From Minisyncoccota bacterium (lineage in GTDB: Bacteria > Patescibacteriota > Minisyncoccia > Phycocordibacterales > UBA2100): 64,000 nucleotides of DNA. The notes below the pieces were generated by a model. It did no database searches. It was given only the letters and a program-made list of their open reading frames with translations, and was not told the origin of the DNA. The stretch's first letter is position 1, and every line of letters begins with the position of its first letter. Location: the NCBI GenBank assembly GCA_022842645.1, contig JALHPE010000003.1, forward strand, positions 10,445 to 74,444, given 5' to 3'. Of this stretch, positions 9,796 through 16,102 are shown one piece after another. Position numbers and translations under genes: made by a program.

Positions 9796-10167
9796 CTCGT
9801 GCCCATAATTGAAAAAACTAAGGGTGCATACAAACTCTGGATACAGGCGCGGAGAAATATGCCGCGAACGGAACAGTTTGGGATTGGCAAGAAAACTGAC
9901 GATCTTTTTTTGATGCTTATGGAAACACTGCGCCGCGCATCATTTGCGGCGCATCAAGAGAAAATACCACTTCTCACTCATGCGGTTGGGCTCACGGATT
10001 CGCTCCGCTTTTTCCTTCAGATCGCATGGGAAAATGTTTTGGTCCGTCAGAATCAATACATTCCCTTAGCAACTGAAATCGAAGAGATTGGTCGCATGAT
10101 AGGTGGATGGCGCAAGGGTCTCGTTGCAAAAACCCCGCTTGAAAAAAGCGGGGAAAGAAAAGAGTAG
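9796..10167 (+). CDS. avd: Avd-like accessory variability determinant (four-helix-bundle protein), encoded antisense between TR and RT
   Basis: About 123 aa from GTG 9796 (ATG at 9859). N-terminal AYKLWIQA resembles the LxVWQKA start of Avd/TIGR02436 proteins. C-terminal ATEIEEIGRMIGGWRKGL resembles the conserved Avd C-terminal helix (E..RML.GLI). Stop codon TAG 10165-10167 abuts the TR. Orientation is opposite to RT/TR, which is atypical. Confidence 0.5.
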   Translation, partial: LVPIIEKTKGAYKLWIQARRNMPRTEQFGIGKKTDDLFLMLMETLRRASFAAHQEKIPLLTHAVGLTDSLRFFLQIAWENVLVRQNQYIPLATEIEEIGRMIGGWRKGLVAKTPLEKSGERKE

Positions 10168-10282
10168 CGGGAAGCAACCTGGTTGCCAGCATTCCACTCG
10201 TTCGGATTCGTCACGGAGTTCGCGAACAAGCTCCACCCACCGTTGTCGGAGTTCCAGTTCGCGTTCACGGCCCAGAGTGCTT
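10166..10282 (-). repeat. DGR template repeat (TR), sense on minus strand
   Basis: 117 bp, 111/117 identical to 10614-10730. All 6 mismatches have T in the TR on the plus strand (A on the sense strand): 10244, 10253, 10259, 10264, 10265, 10282. The first 78 bp (10166-10243) are identical. Confidence 0.75.
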
Positions 10283-10535
10283 TGTGCGTAGTGCCATCTT
10301 GTATCACCACAGTTCGACCCGCCAACTGGCGGATCTACGCCGCTGTATCGCATACGGGACCTCGAAGTCCTCCAGCATCACGCACCGATTCTTATCTTTT
10401 TTGAGGCATTCGCTCGTACGCTTACGCGAGACGCATCCAGCGCAATACTGACGACACGAATGAACGAGGTGCTGCACAGAAGTCGCGACCGCCGCACTCA
10501 AGCTATCCTCAGGGGTTAGTGTATCAAAAGTAAAA

Positions 10536-10574
10536 GACCCTCTAAATCCTGCTTGCGCGAAGATTCAGAGGGTC
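10536..10574 (-). promoter_or_regulatory. hairpin just downstream (sense) of the VR, candidate DGR homing-enhancing stem-loop
   Basis: GACCCTCT (10536-10543) pairs with AGAGGGTC (10567-10574), 8-bp perfect stem and ~23-nt loop. About 40 bp 3' of the VR end on the sense strand, as described for DGR VR-flanking cruciforms. Confidence 0.4.
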
Positions 10575-10611
10575 AAAGTATCTCAAACCCAAATTTCTCA
10601 GGGTTCAAGAA

Positions 10612-11241
10612 TCAGCGGGAAGCAACCTGGTTGCCAGCATTCCACTCGTTCGGATTCGTCACGGAGTTCGCGAACAAGCTCCACCCACCGTCGTCGGAGT
10701 GCCAGTGCGCGAACACGGCCCAGAGTGCTCCATTCTTGTCACGGACGTAGAAAATATTGGCGTAGCCATTCGTAAGAAGGTTGCCCTTCTCGCCGTTCGG
10801 TTGTTTCTCCAACATCGTCCACAGGTCGGCGAGGTATGTTTCGTGCGCCTCACCGAGCTCCTTGATGATCGGCCCGTCGACCGATGCCTTGCGAAGCGTG
10901 TGAAGCTTCAGCTCGCCTGCCGGAACGTTTTCCTCGACCTTCGCGAAGTTATCGCGGAAATTGTCCCAGACGAATGCGATCTTCACCGCTGCCTTTCGGC
11001 TGGTGTCGACCTTGAAGTGGTCTGCGGCGACAAATCGGCCGGCGCCGGATACGACAACGGTTGCGACGAAGTCGAGAAGATTCGATGCGGACTTCTTGCC
11101 GTTCGCACCAAGCGAATGGTTAAGAAAGCCCTGCATGTAGCTTCCGTCGATACTTCCGTCTTCGATCTGCCGGAACAGATCTTTGAGCTGAGAGGCCGTC
11201 ACATTGGACGAACCCTCGACGACAACTTTCTGAGCTGCCAT
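10612..11241 (-). CDS. DGR target (variable) protein, 209 aa, C-terminal VR; no signal peptide
   Basis: C-terminus ...KNGALWAVFAHWHSDDGGWSLFANSVTNPNEWNAGNQVASR is encoded by the VR. TR-encoded version ...ALWAVNANWNSDNGGW... has AAC/AAT (Asn) codons at the variable positions. N-terminus lacks a signal peptide or TM. Confidence 0.7.
   Translation of the reverse strand: MAAQKVVVEGSSNVTASQLKDLFRQIEDGSIDGSYMQGFLNHSLGANGKKSASNLLDFVATVVVSGAGRFVAADHFKVDTSRKAAVKIAFVWDNFRDNFAKVEENVPAGELKLHTLRKASVDGPIIKELGEAHETYLADLWTMLEKQPNGEKGNLLTNGYANIFYVRDKNGALWAVFAHWHSDDGGWSLFANSVTNPNEWNAGNQVASR
10614..10730 (-). repeat. DGR variable repeat (VR) at the 3' end of the target gene
   Basis: Counterpart of the TR. VR bases at the mismatch positions are C, G, G, A, A, C on the plus strand (sense-strand TR A -> G, C, C, T, T, G). 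Ends exactly at the target stop codon (10612-10614). Confidence 0.75.
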
Positions 11242-11342
11242 TGGTTTTTCTCCTTAAAGAGCATCCGGCACTATTGCCGAAGTGAAAACATCATACCACG
11301 CTACCACCCAGTTTGCAAGAGCGTAAAACGGGGCTCAAAACA

Positions 11343-11390
11343 GGGCTGTTTCAGCCCCACTGGCTCAAACGGCGCCGTTTGAGCCAGTTG
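11343..11390. repeat. small hairpin plus ~33-bp palindromic element (copy 2), between the wHTH pseudogene and the DGR target
   Basis: GGGCTG TTT CAGCCC (11343-11357), then CACTGGCTCAAA CGGCGCCG TTTGAGCCAGTTG (11358-11390). About 90% identical to copy 1 over ~36 bp. Confidence 0.5.
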
Positions 11391-11399
11391 CCATTGGGG

Positions 11400-11932
11400 C
11401 TAGGTTAGCGCGTAAAATGGTCTTTTCTGCTTCCCCACCCTGGTGAGGCGACCAGTTGTGGCAAGCTCGCGCACATAGCGGCTGGCTGTTGCATCGGAAA
11501 CTCCGAGAAGAATCTGCACATCGTTGTTGGTAATTTTCCCGCGCTCGCGTGCGAGGGCGACGATTTTTCGAGACGTGCGCGCTTTTTCCCAGCGCGTTTT
11601 TCAGCTGCGTAAGCGCGCCATGTTGCAATGCTTGGAGGAAGAGGTGCGGGCGGAGGGGTGAGGGGCACGGATATGGATGATGCCGAGGGTAGAGTGGCCG
11701 GCTCTGCATGTAAAACTGGCACCTCGGATTCAGTAGCACTTTCAATGTGGGACTTACGAAGTCCCACATCAGTCGCAAGGGGCTCCATGACGGGTTTCGG
11801 AAACTCGTCATTCACCTCTGGTGTAGATTCGGGAGCTGGCTCTTGTGCAACTTGTAGGGGTACTACAACCGGCTCCTCTACTACTTCAGGCACTGGTGTC
11901 GGTTCTATAGGCACGCTCGCCTCAGCGGTCAT
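11400..11932 (-). pseudogene. proline/acid-rich N-terminal ORF plus C-terminal winged-helix HTH in a different frame (candidate frameshifted DNA-binding protein)
   Basis: Frame B (11405..11932) encodes a Pro/Glu-rich low-complexity peptide ending ...AEKRAGKKRARLEKS. A second frame ending at TAG 11400-11402 encodes RKIVALARERGKITNNDVQILLGVSDATASRYVRELATTGRLTRVGKQKRPFYAL, a wHTH like Fic/RecG-type C-terminal domains. It is preceded by an in-frame TGA and has no start codon. The frames meet around two A5/T5 runs near 11584-11600. Confidence 0.35.
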
Positions 11933-12255
11933 AGCACTGCATCAATTTTCGCCGCAACAATAAAGTCGTTTTCGGAAAGACCTTGCACCGAGTGCGTGGA
12001 GAGTTCAATTTCCACACGACCCCAGGAGAGCGAGACATCCGGGTGATGCCCTTCTTCTTCCGCGATTGCCGCAACTTTTGCCACAAAATCAAACGCCGTT
12101 TTAAAATCGGGGAATTTGAATTCTCGGGAAATGGCGCGTGCGGCTGGCCAGAGTGTCCATCCATGTATTTCTTTGAGCAAACGTTCGGCTTCTTGCACGG
12201 GAAGTGGCGGACCACCAACTTCACAGGGTATGCACTTTTTTTCCGAGAGTGTCAT
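11929..12255 (-). CDS. phhB: pterin-4a-carbinolamine dehydratase (PCD/DCoH)
   Basis: 108 aa with the EEGHHPD signature and overall PCD fold pattern. Confidence 0.85.
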   Translation of the reverse strand: MTLSEKKCIPCEVGGPPLPVQEAERLLKEIHGWTLWPAARAISREFKFPDFKTAFDFVAKVAAIAEEEGHHPDVSLSWGRVEIELSTHSVQGLSENDFIVAAKIDAVL

Positions 12256-12935
12256 GCCATAATGCTACCATGCTCCGCCTCTTTCAGGTGGTTGCGTCCT
12301 CTCTCCAGGCGGTGCTCGATATTGTATTGCCACGCAAAGACCGCGCAGTGCGCGCCGCGCATTATTCGAGCGACTCACTTCCCGTTTCCCCGCTTACCCA
12401 AACCTACGGCGGCGTTTCGATCACCTCACTCCTCTCATACCAAGATCAAGCAGTGGAAGATTGCATTCGCGCGCTTAAATACGATGCCTCGGGTGCGGCG
12501 GCGCACATTCTTGCGGAGATTGTCGCTGAATACCTGCGAGAAGAAATTGCCCAGATTCGCGCGTTCAGTACCGAACCAATCTTATTGGTGCCCGCGCCGC
12601 TCCATCCACGAAGGTTTCGTGAACGTGGTTTTAATCAGGTTTCCCTCGTACTTGAGCGTCTCCCCAAAGAATTCCGAGACGGCACGCTCGCAACACTTTC
12701 ATTTGGCGTGATTGAACGCGTAAAAGAAACACGGCCACAGACACATCTTTCTCGCACCGAGCGCATGGAGAACGTAAAAAATGCCTTTGCCCTTGCAGAA
12801 CGCGACGCGGCCGCGCACTCTCATATCATCCTTATCGACGACGTCACGACGACGGGCGCGACGCTTTTCGAAGCGTCGCGCCCACTTGAACGCATTCACG
12901 CATCATTCACCCTCCTCGCACTTGCGCGCGCCTAA
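12204..12935 (+). CDS. comFC: ComF-family phosphoribosyltransferase-domain protein
   Basis: PRTase signature HIILIDDVTTTGATLFEA; LVPAPLHPRRFRERGFNQ region conserved in ComFC/GntX. The real start is probably the internal Met near 12270. Confidence 0.7.
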   Translation: MADHQLHRVCTFFPRVSCHNATMLRLFQVVASSLQAVLDIVLPRKDRAVRAAHYSSDSLPVSPLTQTYGGVSITSLLSYQDQAVEDCIRALKYDASGAAAHILAEIVAEYLREEIAQIRAFSTEPILLVPAPLHPRRFRERGFNQVSLVLERLPKEFRDGTLATLSFGVIERVKETRPQTHLSRTERMENVKNAFALAERDAAAHSHIILIDDVTTTGATLFEASRPLERIHASFTLLALARA

Positions 12936-12951
12936 CTATCAGTGTTTTTCC

Positions 12952-13824
12952 CTATGGATTACAACGCCCGCAATATTTCGGATCTGCAACATTCCCATAC
13001 TGCGTCACCTGTGTTTTTTCTGTATGACCACACGTGTCGCATTGATACATCTCATAAAGTGGCATATCGGTGGGGAGCGCACATACAGCACATGGAAGCC
13101 CCCGTTCAATGTTTGTGACGTGAAAACCTGGCGCATGACATCGTGAACATCGTGCATTCACATGTTGTAAGAGATCCTCTGTCGCCTTCTCTATTGCACG
13201 CATGCGTGTCGGATTTTTATGTGCACGCATATCGGTTTCAAGAAATACACGTTTTACAAAAGGGCGTTTGAGCATCCGATCCACCTGCGCAACCAATGCT
13301 TCTTCGGTTCGTATCTCCTTATGAATTCCCCACGGCCATCTCTTGCCAGTGCGAACAATAATGCCATGTTCAGGAAAGCCGATCTTGCGGGCAAATGCAC
13401 GAGCCTCCTCCACATTTGTGACCACACACTCATCAAGGTTTGTTTCTGTCGTGCGATGATGGCCGCGGATCTCATATCCATGGAGAGCATCAAGCAGGAG
13501 GACAAGCTCGAGATTTGAATCTATAAAAGGAAGTGAGGGATGCGCACCAAAACTCCCCTCGCTTGCCACAGCGAGGTCAGTGCCGGTGTTCTCCATGGCA
13601 ACACGCGCTTTTGCGCGTGCCGCTTCAAGCTGATTGCCTGCCCTTTTCACCTCTCGCGTAAACGTTCCAAATCGGTCTGAATCAAAATCCTGAGGTACCA
13701 CAACCTTAACACCTAGGTGTTCCTCAAGAAGGGGCGCAATAACGCGCTCCTTCCCATGCATAGTTGCTACAACGAGTTTACGACCCTTGAACGGCGAAGT
13801 ATGCTGCATATCTTTTGATACCAC
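12952..13824 (-). CDS. hypothetical protein with C-terminal Cys-rich zinc-ribbon pairs
   Basis: 290 aa. C-terminal CSRCH...CAVC...CDTC...CGRC arrangement. No confident family assignment. Confidence 0.4.
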   Translation of the reverse strand: MVSKDMQHTSPFKGRKLVVATMHGKERVIAPLLEEHLGVKVVVPQDFDSDRFGTFTREVKRAGNQLEAARAKARVAMENTGTDLAVASEGSFGAHPSLPFIDSNLELVLLLDALHGYEIRGHHRTTETNLDECVVTNVEEARAFARKIGFPEHGIIVRTGKRWPWGIHKEIRTEEALVAQVDRMLKRPFVKRVFLETDMRAHKNPTRMRAIEKATEDLLQHVNARCSRCHAPGFHVTNIERGLPCAVCALPTDMPLYEMYQCDTCGHTEKTQVTQYGNVADPKYCGRCNP

Positions 13825-13891
13825 ATTCTTGGTGATACGGTCACGTAATCATTCTGTTCGCAACGTACAGGTTAGATCTATGATTTTCATT

Positions 13892-14362
13892 CTAGTGCTG
13901 ATGCCCACCGCCAACTTCGTGCGGTATCACTTCATGAAGTACGGTATTAGAAACTAAAATAAGCACAAGCCCTAACACGATCACCGTCAGGAGACCTTGT
14001 GCAGTAATACCAAAATGATATTTGTGCGCAAATGCCACATACGCTACTACCAGTCCTATTGCGAGCAGATATCCCGCGTACACAGGATTATCTAAGTAGT
14101 GCTGAATGCCACCCGAGAGAAAACCAGTTGCAATGGCTAAAGTACTCACGATGGCAAAGTACTTCATATTCAATTGTTCTCTTTCGATCTGAGCTTCAAG
14201 GATGCTTCCGATAACCATGAGCACCAGTCCAATAACTCCTAGGACAATGTAGCGCGTGCTGTGGGCGTCAAGTGTTCCCACATGCACAATCGAGCCGCCA
14301 ATTAATGCCACTCCTAGATATGAGGTGAGGTAGATTAAAAACTTTTTATTTTGTTCAGACAT
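13892..14362 (-). CDS. hypothetical multi-pass membrane protein
   Basis: 156 aa with 4-5 hydrophobic helices. Confidence 0.4.
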   Translation of the reverse strand: MSEQNKKFLIYLTSYLGVALIGGSIVHVGTLDAHSTRYIVLGVIGLVLMVIGSILEAQIEREQLNMKYFAIVSTLAIATGFLSGGIQHYLDNPVYAGYLLAIGLVVAYVAFAHKYHFGITAQGLLTVIVLGLVLILVSNTVLHEVIPHEVGGGHQH

Positions 14363-14670
14363 ACGAGTGACAGTATATGTAATAACTATTCAAAATGATA
14401 CATGGTCGGCATAGGCCCGATACTTTTTACTACCTTGTCTCGCACCCGTCTCTGCTGAGACAGGTCCCGCTCCGCCTTTCGAATCCCTCACAAAATATCC
14501 ATCAGACATTCCTCCTCTCCGCAGTATTTTCACTGTGTTTCAATCTGCGGAGAGAGTTGAACGTTGTTAGAACCTATTTTCGCATGGCTCGCGCCTGGGA
14601 AGCGTTCCCGGATTTTCCCATACGATAAACAAAGGGGATTTGCCCAAACTCGTGTGGTGATTTCATAGAA

Positions 14671-14710
14671 ATCGCCGCACTCCTTACAAGAAGTGCGGCG
14701 ATTTGGGTCT
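14671..14710. terminator. GC-rich hairpin with flanking T/A tracts (candidate bidirectional intrinsic terminator)
   Basis: ATCGCCGCACT...AGTGCGGCGAT 11-bp stem followed by TTTGGG on plus, and by TTTCTATG on minus. Downstream of minus-strand gene 14811..15377. Confidence 0.4.
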
Positions 14711-14810
14711 TCTGCTCGATCCTGTCGTTACTCGGTGTCGCTCTTCTTGTCTCGCATAGGAAGCGAGGCCAAGAAAAAAACGATGATGAGCCCGACAAGT
14801 GGGATCAGAA

Positions 14811-15377
14811 CTAAGTGTTGAGCCACTGAATCAACCATGTCAGTCCTCCTGTGAGTTCAGCTCGAAAGATCAGGGCGAGGGCAGTCAGTGATATGAGTAC
14901 CCATATCACGATACAGCCCCGGACGGTTACGAGCAACCGGTGCTGTAACCGACCCCGCGCCGTGCGCAGATACTCGTATCGTGTCGATGAGAAGAACTGC
15001 AGATCACCTTCGATGCGGTTTGCCCGCTCAAGCTCGGCGAGAAAGTCATTCCACATCGTAACGTACTGATTATCGCGATCGAGAATGCGCGAGAAGAAGA
15101 GATTTGCGAACGCAAATATGATACCTCCCGCCACAATCACTTCAAGCTCGATAGTCGTGATATTTGGATCAATGAACCGATACGCGACCGCCGTATACGC
15201 CGGTATGTTGAGGATGAGCGCAAGCTGTGCTCCTTGCCACCGCAACAATGCCTCACCATTACGCATTGTGCAGAGACCGATGAAAGCTGACCCCGCCGCA
15301 ATCGCCTTAGGCGCGCAGGACACCGGGTCAGGTGTACCCGGCTCTTCAGCCGGAGGTGGTATGTTTTCTACGGTCAC
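14811..15377 (-). CDS. hypothetical membrane protein
   Basis: 188 aa with several TM helices. No recognisable catalytic motif. Confidence 0.4.
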   Translation of the reverse strand: MTVENIPPPAEEPGTPDPVSCAPKAIAAGSAFIGLCTMRNGEALLRWQGAQLALILNIPAYTAVAYRFIDPNITTIELEVIVAGGIIFAFANLFFSRILDRDNQYVTMWNDFLAELERANRIEGDLQFFSSTRYEYLRTARGRLQHRLLVTVRGCIVIWVLISLTALALIFRAELTGGLTWLIQWLNT

Positions 15378-15485
15378 GAGAACCTCCTGTTGGTTGTTAC
15401 GACTCGCGACACACTACCGCACCGATCTTGAGAACGCAAAGAGGGGGATTATTCAACCGTCCGTCCCGTCACTTTGATAAGCGAA

Positions 15486-15660
15486 CCCTTCTTGAGATAG
15501 GTACCGATATTTTTTGAAACATACCCGTTCACTTCGGGCATAAACTTAATGGCGGTTACACCTTTTCCGTCCGATGTAAATGTTGCGTCACACGATTCAA
15601 TACTCGCCCCTATGCCGCAATCTGCGCCGACAGTTAGAAGCGAGATATTTTCGCGTCGCT
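15486..15660 (-). pseudogene. start-less ORF fragment (gene remnant)
   Basis: The minus-strand frame translates ...ADCGIGASIESCDATFTSDGKGVTAIKFMPEVNGYVSKNIGTYLKKGSLIKVTGRTVE* but is preceded by an in-frame stop and has no start codon. Lies in a ~700-bp non-coding stretch upstream of the first terminase. Confidence 0.25.
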
Positions 15661-16102
15661 CTCACGTTCGACCCTAATCCTCAAAGAAAAAACTCACGGT
15701 TTCATTGAAAAATCCGCTGGATCTCTACGCAGGGATTGCAGAGAAATATCCGCGGACTACAAAAGCGTTCGAACCTGAAAATAACGCCGAAGATGCAGGA
15801 CAATCTCTACCATTCGCTCAAGATATTCCTGCTTTGCGGTGATAGTCGGTCTCGAACTAACACATGTCAAGCAGTGTAAGGGTTCCTTGGCGACTTTGCG
15901 AATTGGCAATTTGATGGGAGTCGGTCGGGATCTCGCTTCCCAATGTGACACCATGTTACAGATATCCCGGCATTTTGGACTGTAACAATGGCTGTCCACA
16001 CCGACATACGACAAACCCGTGGTACGATGCTTGTAAACCTATACGGCTCCCCTAACAAGGATTCGTGACTGCACCTAAACGGAGTACCTGATTGTGACCT
16101 GA

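Larger units (their letters stand above)
8740..11241 (-). mobile_element. diversity-generating retroelement (DGR) cassette: target gene with VR, hairpin, TR, antisense avd-like gene, reverse transcriptase
   Basis: Co-located RT with DGR-specific motif, 117-bp TR/VR pair whose mismatches are all at TR adenines, Avd-like four-helix-bundle ORF, hairpin downstream of VR. See component features. Confidence 0.8.

Noticed and set aside
9490-10167. 225-aa plus-strand ORF spanning the avd region and 300 bp antisense to the RT gene
   Set aside because: Only the last ~123 codons (from 9796) resemble an Avd four-helix-bundle protein. The upstream part runs antisense through conserved RT coding sequence and is taken as an ORF-finder extension.
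10053-10325. 90-aa minus-strand ORF (…ALWAVNANWNSDNGGWSLFANSVTNPNEWNAGNQVASRYSF…) that looks like a paralogue of the target C-terminus
   Set aside because: It is the translation of the DGR template repeat plus flanking spacer. Its Asn-rich version of the repeat is the template, not a gene. No start context, and it overlaps the avd stop.
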